Assembly (NCBI GenBank): GCA_051011595.1
Contig: JBPCTQ010000118.1
Location: 1 to 56,887 of the forward strand
Length of the DNA: 56,887 bases
Source of the DNA: Acidimicrobiales bacterium
GTDB taxonomy: Bacteria > Actinomycetota > Acidimicrobiia > Acidimicrobiales > SHLQ01
Direction: 5' to 3'
This document shows positions 1-10,193 of the stretch, piece by piece (the first letter of the stretch is position 1; each line of letters opens with the position of its first letter). Both the position numbers and the translations under genes were made by a program. The notes beneath the pieces are model-generated. The model had not been told where the DNA came from. It made no database searches and worked only from the letters and a program-made list of their open reading frames with translations.

Positions 1-1005
1 ATCCTGTGGATTCGGGACGCGAGCCTCGCGTAGACGAGCATCCGGTGCGATTCGTTCATCGACACCCACGATGGTGAACTCCTCCACCGACGCGGCTGCG
101 CCGACCTGGGCGCCCGGAGCGACGACACTGTCGATGACGGTGGCACCGGCCCCGATGTGAGCACCGGCGCCCACCACCGATCGCTCCACCGTGGCGCCGC
201 TTTCGACGCGGGCACCGGCGGCCACCACTGACTCGTTGACCACCGCATCGGGGGCGCACTGGGCATCGGCGCTGATCGCCGGCAACCGCTGGTCCCGCCG
301 GCCGTTCACCAGATCGAGCTGTACCTGGATGTAGGTGGCCGCGGTACCGGCGTCGACCCAGTAGGCATCGGACCCCTGGGCGTACAGCGCACCGTCGTCG
401 ACCAGAGCCGGAAACGTCTCCCGTTCGATCGACACTCGACGATCGGCGGCGATACGGCTCAGCACCGACGGCTCGAACACGTAGCTGCCGGCATTGATCC
501 AGTTGGTGGGTGCTTCGTCGATGGGAGGCTTTTCGATGAACCCGAGCACCCGGCCGTCGTCGTCGGTGGGCACCACTCCGTAGCGGGACGGATCATCGAC
601 CGGCGTCAGGGCAATGGAGCCCTCGGCGCCGGACCGTTCGTGGAAATCGATCAGGGCGGTGAGGTCGAGGTCGGTGAACACGTCACCGTTGACCGCCACG
701 AACCGTTCGTCGATGCCGGCCGCGTCGGCGGCGAAGCGGATGGCGCCGGCGGTGTCGAGCGGCTCGGGCTCCACCGCGTACACCAGGGAGAGCCCGGCGC
801 ACTGTCCGTCGGGGTACGCGTCGATGAACGCGTCGGGCTGGAATCCCAGGGCCAGGACCGCCTCGCTGATGCCATGACGGCCCAGACCGGCCAGGACGTG
901 TTCGATCATGGGCCGGTCGACCACCGGCAACATCTGTTTGGGAACCGACGTGGTCAGCGGCCGCAACCGGGTTCCGAAACCGCCCACCAACACCACGGCC
1001 TTCAT
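1..1005 (-). CDS. Sugar-1-phosphate nucleotidyltransferase (mannose-1-phosphate guanylyltransferase-like); C-terminal end runs off the window
   Basis: Absent from the ORF track because it is open at the window edge. Minus-strand translation from ATG 1005..1003 gives MKAVVLVGGFGTRLRPLTTSVPKQMLPVV (GxGTRL nucleotidyltransferase signature). A hexapeptide-repeat (left-handed beta-helix) region follows, as in mycobacterial Rv3264c-type enzymes. Confidence 0.8.
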   Translation of the reverse strand, partial: MKAVVLVGGFGTRLRPLTTSVPKQMLPVVDRPMIEHVLAGLGRHGISEAVLALGFQPDAFIDAYPDGQCAGLSLVYAVEPEPLDTAGAIRFAADAAGIDERFVAVNGDVFTDLDLTALIDFHERSGAEGSIALTPVDDPSRYGVVPTDDDGRVLGFIEKPPIDEAPTNWINAGSYVFEPSVLSRIAADRRVSIERETFPALVDDGALYAQGSDAYWVDAGTAATYIQVQLDLVNGRRDQRLPAISADAQCAPDAVVNESVVAAGARVESGATVERSVVGAGAHIGAGATVIDSVVAPGAQVGAAASVEEFTIVGVDERIAPDARLREARVPNPQD

Positions 1006-1037
1006 CGACGGATCTCCCCTGTGCCCTTCGGCTGCGA

Positions 1038-1826
1038 TCAGCCGTCGGTGGCGTCGCCGGCCACCGTAGTAGCCGGGCTGGTGTCCGGAGTCGGGTCGGT
1101 GTCGGGTGAGAGGTCGGTGTCGGTATCGGTGTTGCCGGACCCACCGGTGTCGTCGCCGAGATCGGTCACCGGGCCCTCACTCTGCAGCGATTGTGAGGCC
1201 TCGGCCACCTCCGATGCGGTGGGGGGCGGGGGAATGTCGGCGCCGAGGGGAACGAGGGCGATGGTGAAGGCCTCACCGTCGGCGTCGAAACGGATGGCGG
1301 CCAGGTCTTCGGTGATGATCTCGTCGGGATCGCCCGACACATCGAGGGCGCTCGACCATCGAGCCACCTGCCACACCGCGGCTTCGCCGTCGCAGACCGT
1401 GTCGGCCTCGGACAGCACCGTGCCATCGGCCAAGATCATCTGATCGTCGTCGAGCGACACCAACATGGCTTCCAGGAACACGTCCATCTGGGCTTCGTCG
1501 CCGGTGACACTGGACCCGAACGGATGGATGTGGATGAGACCGTCCTGATGGGAGTGGATGCCGTCCGGGTCGTTCTCGCTGGTGAAGGGTTCCAGGAACT
1601 CACCGTCGGTGCACACGAAGACGCCGTAGGCGCTGTGCCAGTGATCACGAAGGGTGGGTGCTTCGGACTCGCGTTGGGTGCGGGCCCAGCCCACCAGCAA
1701 CACCCCGAGAATGACGATGGCGGCGATGGCGATGGGAAAGCCGAGCTCCCGCCGCTCGGACGGCCCCGAGGACTGGCCGGCGCGGGCCGCTCGGGCGACC
1801 TTCTTGGATGAACTGGCTTTACCCAT
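1038..1826 (-). CDS. Single-pass membrane protein of unknown function with His-rich motif and acidic T/D/P-rich tail
   Basis: 262-aa ORF with basic N-terminus then TM (FPIAIAAIVILGVLLVGW). Ectodomain carries DGIHSHQDGLIHIHPF; tail is NTDTDTDLSPDTDPTPDTSP. High GC3 coding-like usage. Confidence 0.6.
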   Translation of the reverse strand: MGKASSSKKVARAARAGQSSGPSERRELGFPIAIAAIVILGVLLVGWARTQRESEAPTLRDHWHSAYGVFVCTDGEFLEPFTSENDPDGIHSHQDGLIHIHPFGSSVTGDEAQMDVFLEAMLVSLDDDQMILADGTVLSEADTVCDGEAAVWQVARWSSALDVSGDPDEIITEDLAAIRFDADGEAFTIALVPLGADIPPPPTASEVAEASQSLQSEGPVTDLGDDTGGSGNTDTDTDLSPDTDPTPDTSPATTVAGDATDG

Positions 1827-1861
1827 AGCTCACCACGCTAGCGGCCAGGGGCCCCGAAAAG

Positions 1862-3130
1862 TCACCGCGGCCGACCCTGCGATCGGTCGGCGAGGAGCTC
1901 CTCGAACAGGTCGCTGTACCTCTCCCCGATGGAGGTCGGAGAGGCCCATTGTTCGATCCAGGCCCGACCGGTCTCACCCATCCGACGAGCAGCGGCGGGG
2001 TCGTCGACCAGGCGGGTGATGGCGTCGATGAACGCCTGATCGTCGTCCGGGGCCACCGCCAGGCCGGCCGGGACCTCAGCGAGCACCCGGTCGAGCTCAC
2101 TACCCGGGTCGACGCTGACCACCACCGGCCGGGCCGCGGCCAGGTTGGCGTAGAACTTCGACGGCACGCTGCACCGGGTGAGGCCCCGTCGGAGCGGGAC
2201 CAGCTGGATGTCGGAGGCGGCCAGCACCTCCGGCATCCGGTCGGTGGGCACGAACCCCACCAGATCGAGGTTGTCGACCTCGACGGCCAGCTGCTCGAGC
2301 TCGTCACGCCGGGCACCGTCACCCACCACGACGAATCGCACGTCGGTGCGCCCGGCCAGAGCTCGGGCCGCCGCCACGATCGACTCCAGCGGCTGGCTGA
2401 ACCCGAGGTTGCCGGCGTACATCACGACGGTTTCATCACCGAGCCCCAGCTCGGCCCGAAACGAATTGTGACGATCGGCGGGGGTGATCCAGTCGTGGTC
2501 GACGAAGTTGGGAATGACGGTGACCCGGTCGGCATCCTCGGCGCCGAGACCACCAACCACGGTGGCACGCATGTCGTCGGACAACACCGTGACCGCATCG
2601 GCCCGCCGGTAGATGAATCGTTCCATGGCCGTGAAGAACCGGATGGCGGAACGGTTGGTGAGCAGGCCCAGCTCGACCGTGACCTGCGGGAAGATGTCCT
2701 GCACGTTGAACACGAAGGGCACTCGCCGCCGCCGGGCCGCCACCCAACCGGCCAAACCCAGGGTGAGCGGCGGCGACATGGCCAACACGATGTCGGGGCG
2801 CCAGCGGTCGATCACCGCCTGCCCGGTGGCCAGTCCGGTGAACCCGGCGAACCCGACGGCTCGGCGGGGCAGCGAATCCTTCGGCGCCGGGAAGGGATGG
2901 ACCCGGGTGATCCGACCCCACTCGGTGTCGTCGTGGCGGACCCGGCGACCCTGCCAGCCCTCTTCGATCTCATTGTTTCGGTAGAACGGCAGCGACGTGA
3001 CCACGTGGATCTGATGGCCGGCCGCGGCCAACCCGTCGACGATACCCGTCATCATCCGGCCGGTGGCGGCGATGTCGGGGGTGAAGTGGGGACTGATGAC
3101 CTGGATCCGCACCGCCGGAGCCTGGCACAC
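1862..3130 (-). CDS. GT4-family glycosyltransferase (WcaI-like)
   Basis: 422 aa. N-terminus RIQVISPHFTPDIAATG; C-terminal half has PSKFYANLAAARPVVV, typical of WcaI-type GT-B enzymes. Confidence 0.8.
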   Translation of the reverse strand: MCQAPAVRIQVISPHFTPDIAATGRMMTGIVDGLAAAGHQIHVVTSLPFYRNNEIEEGWQGRRVRHDDTEWGRITRVHPFPAPKDSLPRRAVGFAGFTGLATGQAVIDRWRPDIVLAMSPPLTLGLAGWVAARRRRVPFVFNVQDIFPQVTVELGLLTNRSAIRFFTAMERFIYRRADAVTVLSDDMRATVVGGLGAEDADRVTVIPNFVDHDWITPADRHNSFRAELGLGDETVVMYAGNLGFSQPLESIVAAARALAGRTDVRFVVVGDGARRDELEQLAVEVDNLDLVGFVPTDRMPEVLAASDIQLVPLRRGLTRCSVPSKFYANLAAARPVVVSVDPGSELDRVLAEVPAGLAVAPDDDQAFIDAITRLVDDPAAARRMGETGRAWIEQWASPTSIGERYSDLFEELLADRSQGRPR

Positions 3131-3150
3131 CCCGTCGGCCCGAGCGCGAC

Positions 3151-4287
3151 TCAGGGCAGGGCGAGGCGGTACGCGGCCTCCAACCGCTCCCCGCTCAGAT
3201 GGCGGGCGAAGCGGGCGGCCTGGAGCCGCCCGGCCGCCGCCGCCTCATCGCGGGGTGGGCGACCGTCGAGGCGATCGAGCAAAGCCGCGGTCCATGCCTC
3301 CACATCGCCGGGGGCCACCAACATCCCCGCGTTGCCCACCACTTCGGGCACTGCGGTGGCGTCGGCGGCGATCACCGGGCAGCCCAGGGCCATGGCCTCG
3401 AGCACCGGGATCCCGAACCCCTCGAACCGAGACGGGAACACCAGGGCCTCGGCTCGGGCGATCACCAGATCGAGGACCGTCCGATCGATGCGGCCCAGCC
3501 GCACCACCCGGTCGCCCACACCCAACTCCGCCACCAACTCGTCGACGGAGTCATCGGCGGCCCCGGCGGCACCGGTGAGAACCAGGCGCAGTGGGCGGCC
3601 GGCCGCCGCCACCTCGGCCACGGCGCGGAGCACGGTGGCATGGTCCTTGTGGGGATGGGTGACCGCCGGGTAGACGATGAAGGGATCGTCGTGATGCAGC
3701 AGGGCCGACACGTCGGGGCCCACCGCAGGATCATCGGGACTCGGCAGGCGCGGCACCTCATAACCCGCAGACACCGCCACCACCCGGTCGGGATCGAGTC
3801 CGTACCGGTCGATCAGCTGCCGCCGCACATAGTCACTGGGAGCCACCACCACCCGGGCGGCGCGTACCGAACGAGGGATGGCGTACTGCAGGTAGCGCGC
3901 CTTCACAGGACCGAAGTGCTCCGGGTACACCAGCGGTTGCAGGTCGTGCACAGTGACCACGGTGGGGGCCGGCCGCACGGCCGGTGACCGGCCGCCGACG
4001 TGGTGCATCACCGCAATGTCGTGGCGTCGGGTCTGGCGGGCCAGCCAGGTGTTCTCCACCGCGATACGCACGGCCCGGTTGCCGCCGCCGATCGACACCG
4101 TTTCGACCCTCGCCCGCTCGCAGATCTCGGGGTGGGCGTCGCGGAACGACTCCAGCGCGAAGACCACGAACTCGAGATCGTCCGGGGCCCGCTCCAGCAC
4201 CGATTCGAGGGTGCGCACGGCGTACTCCTCGGATCCGCCGACCACCCCGGGCACCATCCACACCAGGTTCACCCCGACCCTCGTCAT
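3151..4287 (-). CDS. GT4-family glycosyltransferase
   Basis: Start trimmed to MTRVGVNLVW (ATG 4287), which overlaps the upstream stop in ATGA at 4284-4287. Contains FPSRFEGFGIPVLEAMALGCPVIA (E-x7-E GT4 motif). Confidence 0.8.
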   Translation of the reverse strand: MTRVGVNLVWMVPGVVGGSEEYAVRTLESVLERAPDDLEFVVFALESFRDAHPEICERARVETVSIGGGNRAVRIAVENTWLARQTRRHDIAVMHHVGGRSPAVRPAPTVVTVHDLQPLVYPEHFGPVKARYLQYAIPRSVRAARVVVAPSDYVRRQLIDRYGLDPDRVVAVSAGYEVPRLPSPDDPAVGPDVSALLHHDDPFIVYPAVTHPHKDHATVLRAVAEVAAAGRPLRLVLTGAAGAADDSVDELVAELGVGDRVVRLGRIDRTVLDLVIARAEALVFPSRFEGFGIPVLEAMALGCPVIAADATAVPEVVGNAGMLVAPGDVEAWTAALLDRLDGRPPRDEAAAAGRLQAARFARHLSGERLEAAYRLALP

Positions 4288-5387
4288 GAGCTCACCTCGA
4301 TGGCGCGGCGATAGGCACCCACGGTCTGCTCGGCCGCACGGGCCCAGGTGTAGGTGGCCGCGATGGCCGCCCCGGCCTCGCCCCACTGCGCCACCGGATC
4401 GGGATGGGCAAGCACCCGCTGCAGCCCGGCCGCCACGTCATCGGCCCGTTTCGGGTCGACGAGCACTCCCCCATCACCCACCAGTTCCTCGGTGGCGGTC
4501 CCGCGGCTGGTGACCACCGGAGTGGACCGGGCCATCGCCTCGAGCACCGGCAGGCCGAAACCCTCCAGGAGGCTGGGGTAACAGAACACCGTCGCCGCCC
4601 GATAGAGCGCACGCAGATCACCCGCGGGCACGAACCCGACGGCCCGCACATCGACGGCCGCAGGCCACTGGGTGGTGGCTCCCCAGCCCTCTGGCCCCGC
4701 CAGCACGAGCGGGACCGACTCCTCGAGCTGTTCCATGGCCGCCAGCAGGGTGGACAGATTCTTGCGAGGCTCCTGCGTGCCGACGAAGAGGACGAAACGA
4801 TCATCGAGTCCATACCGACGCCGAACCTCGTCGGCGTCGGCCGCGCTGACCGGAACCACATCGACCCCGTGGGCCACCCGCACGGTGCGATCCGGGTCGA
4901 ACCCGTTGGCGACACAGTCGTCGACCACGGCCTGGGACGGACAGACGACGACATCGGCCCGGCGGCGAGCCGTATCGATGGCCGCTCGCAGGAAGAGGCG
5001 GCCGTTGGTGGTGAAGAAGTCGGGATGGTGCAACACCGCCAGGTCGTGCACGGTGACAACCAGTGGGGTGGCGCCCCGCGGCGGGGTGGCCCCACCGGTG
5101 CCGTGCACGACATCGACCGGGCCGGTGGCCCGGGTGACGGCGGGCCAGCTCGTCCGATGCCACAGCTCGTAGAGCATCCGCCGGGGCACCCGAAGGTGCT
5201 CGACGGCGACGGTGGGTCGAAAGGCGGCGGGCGGCGGGTTGCGATGGGCAGCCGCCACCCCGATGAGGTCGACATCGTCACGGTCCACCAACGCCCGGGC
5301 CAGCTCGAGCGCCGAGGTGGCCGTCCCGCCGGGCACTCGATGCCAACACTGCTCGAGCGTGTAGGCGACGCGCAGCGGTGTGGCCAT
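4284..5387 (-). CDS. GT4-family glycosyltransferase
   Basis: 367 aa with YPSLLEGFGLPVLEAMARSTPVVTS motif. Same strand and operon as its neighbours. Confidence 0.8.
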   Translation of the reverse strand: MATPLRVAYTLEQCWHRVPGGTATSALELARALVDRDDVDLIGVAAAHRNPPPAAFRPTVAVEHLRVPRRMLYELWHRTSWPAVTRATGPVDVVHGTGGATPPRGATPLVVTVHDLAVLHHPDFFTTNGRLFLRAAIDTARRRADVVVCPSQAVVDDCVANGFDPDRTVRVAHGVDVVPVSAADADEVRRRYGLDDRFVLFVGTQEPRKNLSTLLAAMEQLEESVPLVLAGPEGWGATTQWPAAVDVRAVGFVPAGDLRALYRAATVFCYPSLLEGFGLPVLEAMARSTPVVTSRGTATEELVGDGGVLVDPKRADDVAAGLQRVLAHPDPVAQWGEAGAAIAATYTWARAAEQTVGAYRRAIEVSS

Positions 5388-5435
5388 TGTCGGGAGCGTA
5401 CTGCCCGCTCGTGATCGCCCTGGCGATCGAACTTG

Positions 5436-6368
5436 TCAGGCGTGGGAGCGGAAGTACTCCGCGGTCTTCTCCAGGCCGATGCGCAGGTCGACCGAAGGTT
5501 CCCAGCCCAGCTCCTGGCGGGCCCGGGTGATGTCGGGACGACGCTGCATGGGGTCGTCCTGGGGGAGGTCGCGATACACGATCTCCGACGACGAGCCGGT
5601 CACCTCGATGACCAGTTCGGCCAGCTCACTGATGGTGAACTCGCCCGGGTTCCCGATGTTGCACGGCACGGTCAGATCGCTGTCGAGCAGGGCCAAGAAG
5701 CCGCTGATCTCGTCGTCGACATAACAGAAACTGCGGGTCTGGCGGCCGTCGCCGTAGATGGTGATGGCCTGACCCGACAGGGCCTGGACCAAGAAATTGG
5801 ACACCACCCGGCCATCGTCGGCGCGCATCCGGGGCCCGTAGGTGTTGAAGATACGCACGATCCGCACATCGACGCCGTGGTGTCGGTGGTAGGCCATGGT
5901 GATGGCCTCGGAGAACCGTTTGGCCTCGTCGTAGCAGCTGCGTGGCCCCACTGGGTTGACGTGGCCCCAGTAGTCCTCTTGTTGCGGATGGACCTGGGGA
6001 TCGCCGTAGACCTCCGATGTGCTGGCCATGAAGAACCGGGCTTGGTGATCCCGGGCCAGGTCGAGTCCGTTCTGGGTGCCCCGGCTTCCAACCTCGAGGG
6101 TCTCGATCGGTTTGGCCAGGTAGGCCGGCGGCGAGGCCGGACTGGCGAAGTGCAGGACGGCGTCGACCGCACCATCGACCGAGAAGGGCTCGCTCACATC
6201 GTGTTCGACGAACCGGTACCGGTCGTGATCGCTCAGGTGGTCGATGTTGGAGGCCCGACCGGTGACGAAGTTGTCGAAGGCGATGACCTCGTCGCCCCGC
6301 GCCAGCAACCGGTCGGTGAGGTGGCTACCGAGGAAGCCGGCGCCACCGGTGAGGACGAGACGGGCCAT
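5436..6368 (-). CDS. UDP-glucuronate decarboxylase (UDP-xylose synthase-type SDR)
   Basis: [17 protein letters not shown] Rossmann motif, catalytic YDEAKR (YxxxK) and [14 protein letters not shown], typical of the UXS family. Confidence 0.85.
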   Translation of the reverse strand: MARLVLTGGAGFLGSHLTDRLLARGDEVIAFDNFVTGRASNIDHLSDHDRYRFVEHDVSEPFSVDGAVDAVLHFASPASPPAYLAKPIETLEVGSRGTQNGLDLARDHQARFFMASTSEVYGDPQVHPQQEDYWGHVNPVGPRSCYDEAKRFSEAITMAYHRHHGVDVRIVRIFNTYGPRMRADDGRVVSNFLVQALSGQAITIYGDGRQTRSFCYVDDEISGFLALLDSDLTVPCNIGNPGEFTISELAELVIEVTGSSSEIVYRDLPQDDPMQRRPDITRARQELGWEPSVDLRIGLEKTAEYFRSHA

Positions 6369-6395
6369 GACAGGAGAAACCGGAGCCGGTGCGGC

Positions 6396-7685
6396 CTAGT
6401 TGCGGCCGATGCCCTGATACGAGAACCCGGCGCGCCGTACGGCACCTCGATCGAGAATGTTGCGGGCGTCGACGATGTTCTTCTCGGCCATGGTGTCGGC
6501 CAGCTTGTCGAGGTCGAGCCACTTGAAGTCGTCCCATTCGGTGAGCACCACCAGCACCGACGCCCCTTCGGCGGCGGCATAGGGATCGTCGACCACGTCG
6601 AGCTCGTTGACACCGAGGTCAGGGGGCAGGGCCGTGATGGCCGGGTCGTACCCACGCACACCGGCACCGGCCTCGAGCAGTCGACGAACGATCTCGACCG
6701 AAGGTGACTCACGCACATCGTCGGTGCCGGCTTTGAAAGTGAGACCGAGCACACCCACCCGGGCATCGGCGATGTCACCGGTGATGGCCGACAAGATCTT
6801 GGCCGCCACCCGGTCGAACTGCTCGTCGTTGACCTCGATGACACCCCGCAACAGCGTGAAGTCGTAGCCGCCCCCTTCGGCGATGGAGATCATCGCCCGG
6901 GTGTCCTTGGGGAAACACGAACCACCCCAGCCCGGACCGGGGCGCAGGAACTCGTGGCCGATGCGACGGTCATAGCCGATACCGAGCATGACGTCGGTGA
7001 CGTCGGCGCCCACGGCCTCACACACCGCGGCGACGGCGTTCACGAACGACAGCTTGGTGGCCAGGAAGGCGTTGCTGGCGTATTTGGTGGTCTCGGCCGA
7101 GGCCGGATCGGTGACCAGGATCGGTGCCCGGGTTCCGAGGAACAACGACGCCACCCGGGTGGCGGCGCCCTGATCGTCGGCCCCGATGACCACTCGGTCG
7201 GGGTTGAGGAAGTCGCTGACGGCCGAACCTTCCCGGAGGAACTCGGGGTTGGACACCACGGTGACGTCGGGGCGCCCGAGCGCCTGCTCGACTCGCCGGG
7301 TGGAACCCACCGGCACGGTGGATTTGTTGATCACGATGGCACTGCGGTCCAGATGGGGAGCGATCTCACTGGCTGCGTTCTGGATGTAGCTCAGGTCGGC
7401 CGATCCGTCGGGAAGCTGCGGGGTCGGCACGCACAGGTAGACGAACTCCCGACCCTCGACCGCGTTGGCGGCACCGAGGACGAATCGCAGGCGACCGGCC
7501 TTGATGGCCTCTTCGACGATGGGTTGGAGCCCCTCCTCGTGGATGGGGATCCGACCCTCGCTCAGCATGGCGACCTTGTCGGGGTCGATGTCGGCACACG
7601 TGACGTCGTGACCCAATTGTGCGAAGCACGCCCCGGTGGTGAGCCCGACGTACCCGGTCCCGATGACCGCGATTCGACTCGACAT
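6396..7685 (-). CDS. ugd: UDP-glucose 6-dehydrogenase
   Basis: Start trimmed to [15 protein letters not shown] (ATG 7685), preceded by AGGAGG (reverse complement of tctcctcctg at 7691-7700). Has the catalytic GGSCFPKDT motif. Confidence 0.9.
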   Translation of the reverse strand: MSSRIAVIGTGYVGLTTGACFAQLGHDVTCADIDPDKVAMLSEGRIPIHEEGLQPIVEEAIKAGRLRFVLGAANAVEGREFVYLCVPTPQLPDGSADLSYIQNAASEIAPHLDRSAIVINKSTVPVGSTRRVEQALGRPDVTVVSNPEFLREGSAVSDFLNPDRVVIGADDQGAATRVASLFLGTRAPILVTDPASAETTKYASNAFLATKLSFVNAVAAVCEAVGADVTDVMLGIGYDRRIGHEFLRPGPGWGGSCFPKDTRAMISIAEGGGYDFTLLRGVIEVNDEQFDRVAAKILSAITGDIADARVGVLGLTFKAGTDDVRESPSVEIVRRLLEAGAGVRGYDPAITALPPDLGVNELDVVDDPYAAAEGASVLVVLTEWDDFKWLDLDKLADTMAEKNIVDARNILDRGAVRRAGFSYQGIGRN

Positions 7686-7766
7686 GTCTGTCTCCTCCTG
7701 CCAACTCCGTGGCCCCGCTGCTCGACCGCTCATAGTACGCACCAACTCTCCGGGTTGGCCACCCAA

Positions 7767-7794
7767 AGTGACCACTCACGTCACTCAGTGTGAC
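7767..7794. promoter_or_regulatory. Cluster of GTGAC-type half-sites in the LCP-ugd intergenic region (candidate operator)
   Basis: agtgac (7767-7772), 7-nt spacer, gtcact (7780-7785) is a perfect inverted repeat, followed by cagtgtgac (7786-7794). It lies about 80-110 nt upstream of the ugd start. Confidence 0.25.
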
Positions 7795-9309
7795 CTAGGG
7801 GCAAGATTCGCCCTCAGGGGCTCGACCGGTGATCACCTCGGTCGTTGTTGTGGGCACGGTATCGAACGAGGGCGGCTCTTCGGTGGTTGGGGGCGCCACT
7901 GTTGTGTCGACGGACCCCACTTCGCCGCTGGTGGTCGGGGCGGCCACCGGGTCCTCGTCGAGGGCAGCCTCCACGTCGGGTTCGACCTCACCTTCGGCCC
8001 GGGCGATGAGACGAACGGTGCCGTAATCGCCGCTGACCGAGAGGCTGAGCTGCTCGGTTCCCGCCACCAGCTCGAAGGCGGGGACGGGATCGAGGAAACG
8101 ACCGATGAGCTCGGCCTGGTCGGCTTGATCCTCGCTGAAGCGGATGGTGGTGACCTCGTCGTCGAGCTCGAGCGTGGGTTCCACCACGAACTCCTTCAGA
8201 CCCAGAGCCGAACGAGCGTCGGCGGCACCGTTGCTGTCGGACCCTCCGATCACCACCGAGATGTCGGACGGTGACAAGAACCCGGCCTCGCCCCGGAACA
8301 CGTCGAACACCGCGTCGGCCTCGTCGGACCGCAGCCGCAGGACCTTGAGCCCATCAACCCGGTCGTCGAACACCGGGAGGGAGTACTGCCGCAGGCGATC
8401 GGGCTCGAAGTCGCCCATGGCATTGGCCAGCTCGATCAGGTCGTTGGGTGAGAGGCGGTCATCGAGCGTGACCGTCTGCACACCGGCTTCCACCAGGCGC
8501 CGGATCTCGACCGGGTTCCGACCGCCGGCCGCCAGGGCCTGGTCGAGGGCAACGATGAGGAAGTCCTGCTGACGTTCGATGCGAGTGAGGTCGCTGCCGC
8601 CGGTGATGCGCCAGCGGTCGTCGATGAACTCCTGGAACTCGCGACCCCGCACGTAGGCCAGGGACTGGTCGCCGTCGAGACGGTGGCACCCGGCCTCGGG
8701 GATGTCGAGGCCGGCCTTTCGGTCCATGGCCGGATTCTCGAACCACACGTGGACGCCGCCCATGACATCGATGACATCAGCGAAGCCGGCGAAGTCGACC
8801 TGGACGTAGTGGTTGATCTCGACCCCGAAGTTCTCGCTGACCGTCTCGACCAGCTTCTCCTGCCCGCCGATGGCCAACGCCGAGTTGATCTTCCACTCCC
8901 GCCCCGAACCAGGCACGTCGACCCAGAGGTCGCGGGGAATGGACACGGTGGCCGCCTGGCCGGTCTCGGGATCGACCCGCACCAACACGATGCTGTCGGC
9001 CCGGATCTGGTCGGCTTCTTCCTGATCGATGTTGCGCCCTTCCCGACGGGGATCGTCGTCGTCGAGGCCGGCGGCGCTGTCGGCTCCCACCAACAAGAAC
9101 GTGAGGGGTTCGCCCGGTTCGACCGATGGAATGAGCACGTCGGAATCGAAACTCACCCGAGGAATCCGCTGCACCTTCTCCTCGGCGTCTCGCACCAGCA
9201 CGGCAGCCGTCAGACAGGCGGCGATCACACCGAGGTTGAACAGGATCAGCAACCGCTGCGGCCAGGTCCGGCGCAGCCGCGCCGGGGAGGAGGACGCCAC
9301 GACGGCCAA
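7795..9309 (-). CDS. LytR-CpsA-Psr (LCP) family glycopolymer-to-peptidoglycan ligase with C-terminal extension
   Basis: N-terminal TM, then ADSIVLVRVDPETGQAATVSIPRDLWVDVPG and INHYVQVDFAGFADVIDVMGGV, the LCP core pattern. Confidence 0.85.
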   Translation of the reverse strand: MAVVASSSPARLRRTWPQRLLILFNLGVIAACLTAAVLVRDAEEKVQRIPRVSFDSDVLIPSVEPGEPLTFLLVGADSAAGLDDDDPRREGRNIDQEEADQIRADSIVLVRVDPETGQAATVSIPRDLWVDVPGSGREWKINSALAIGGQEKLVETVSENFGVEINHYVQVDFAGFADVIDVMGGVHVWFENPAMDRKAGLDIPEAGCHRLDGDQSLAYVRGREFQEFIDDRWRITGGSDLTRIERQQDFLIVALDQALAAGGRNPVEIRRLVEAGVQTVTLDDRLSPNDLIELANAMGDFEPDRLRQYSLPVFDDRVDGLKVLRLRSDEADAVFDVFRGEAGFLSPSDISVVIGGSDSNGAADARSALGLKEFVVEPTLELDDEVTTIRFSEDQADQAELIGRFLDPVPAFELVAGTEQLSLSVSGDYGTVRLIARAEGEVEPDVEAALDEDPVAAPTTSGEVGSVDTTVAPPTTEEPPSFDTVPTTTTEVITGRAPEGESCP

Positions 9310-9362
9310 TCTACCAATCCCACCCCCCGGACCACGGTCACCGGGCCGATAGGGTCGCCGCC

Positions 9363-10193
9363 ATGAGCGGCCCCATGGCGACAGTGTGGTTCGACGGCCA
9401 GCTCGTCGATCGCGAACTGGCCCATGTGGCCCCCACCGAACACGGTCTGACGGTGGGCGACGGCGTGTTCGAGACGCTCAAGGTCGTCGACGGCACCCCG
9501 TTCGCGCTGCGCCGTCACCTGCGGCGACTTCACCGCAGCGCCGACGGCATGGGCCTGGCGGCCCCCGAGACGCGGCTGTTGGCCAAAGCCGCCCGAGCCG
9601 TGTGCGAAGCCAATCCTGGCGCCACCAAACTCCGCATCATGGTCACCAGCGGCGATGGGCCGGCCGGCTCGGGGCGCGGCGACGGGCCATCCACCCTGGT
9701 GATCTTCGCCGACGACACGCCGCTGGCCACCGCACCGATCGTGCTGGCCACCGTGCCGTGGGCCCGCAACGAACGCAGCGCGGTGACCGGCATCAAGACC
9801 ACGTCCTACGCCGAGAATGTCCTGGCGCTGCAGTGGGCGCACCGCGAGGAGGCCGACGAGGCCGTGTTCGCCAACACCGTCGACCAACTCTGCGAGGGCA
9901 GCGGGACCAACATCTTCGTGGTGCTCGACGACCGGCTGATGACCCCGCCGCTCAGCTCGGGGTGCCTCGCCGGCATCACCCGAGAACTGCTGCTCGAGGT
10001 CACCGACGCGGTCGAGGCACCCATCCCGATGAGCGAACTGGACCGCTGCACCGAGATCTTCGTGACGTCGTCGACCCGCGACGTCGCAGCCGTTGCCTCG
10101 ATCGACGGAAGACAACTGCCGGCGCCCCCGGGACCCCACACCCGGGCCGCGACCGTCGCCTTCGCCACTCTGGCCGCCGATCTCGATCCCTAG
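9363..10193 (+). CDS. Class IV (fold type IV) aminotransferase, aminodeoxychorismate lyase-like
   Basis: 276 aa, HGLTVGDGVFETLKV...RHLRRLHRSA pattern. Its size fits ADC lyase or D-amino-acid aminotransferase rather than IlvE. Confidence 0.7.
   Translation: MSGPMATVWFDGQLVDRELAHVAPTEHGLTVGDGVFETLKVVDGTPFALRRHLRRLHRSADGMGLAAPETRLLAKAARAVCEANPGATKLRIMVTSGDGPAGSGRGDGPSTLVIFADDTPLATAPIVLATVPWARNERSAVTGIKTTSYAENVLALQWAHREEADEAVFANTVDQLCEGSGTNIFVVLDDRLMTPPLSSGCLAGITRELLLEVTDAVEAPIPMSELDRCTEIFVTSSTRDVAAVASIDGRQLPAPPGPHTRAATVAFATLAADLDP

Noticed and set aside
1949-3673. Long alternative-frame ORFs throughout the window (for example 1949-3673, 9386-11005, 21285-22949, 25507-26955, 25548-27914, 28010-28906, 28795-30021, 30014-31495, 35643-36644, 37620-38918)
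   Set aside because: Each overlaps a gene with clear family motifs in another frame or strand. Each has the Arg/Pro/Gly/Ala-dominated composition of non-coding frames in GC-rich genomes.
5413-5428. Palindrome gatcgcc-ct-ggcgatc between the decarboxylase and GT4 genes
   Set aside because: It has only 7-nt arms and a 2-nt loop, inside a 48-nt intra-operon spacer. It is too short to distinguish from chance in GC-rich DNA.
6396-7775. N-terminal extensions given by the ORF track (also 3151-4386, 12804-14264, 15604-16371, 16733-17746, 22756-24003, 25435-26616, 31743-32702, 38330-39283, 39198-40361, 41044-41664, 44277-45260, 45115-45519, 52530-54782, 54689-55573, 55698-56768)
   Set aside because: The extensions overlap the upstream gene or are Arg/Pro-rich. 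Internal starts coincide with the conserved protein N-terminus, an RBS, or a 4-nt stop/start overlap, so I trimmed the coordinates.
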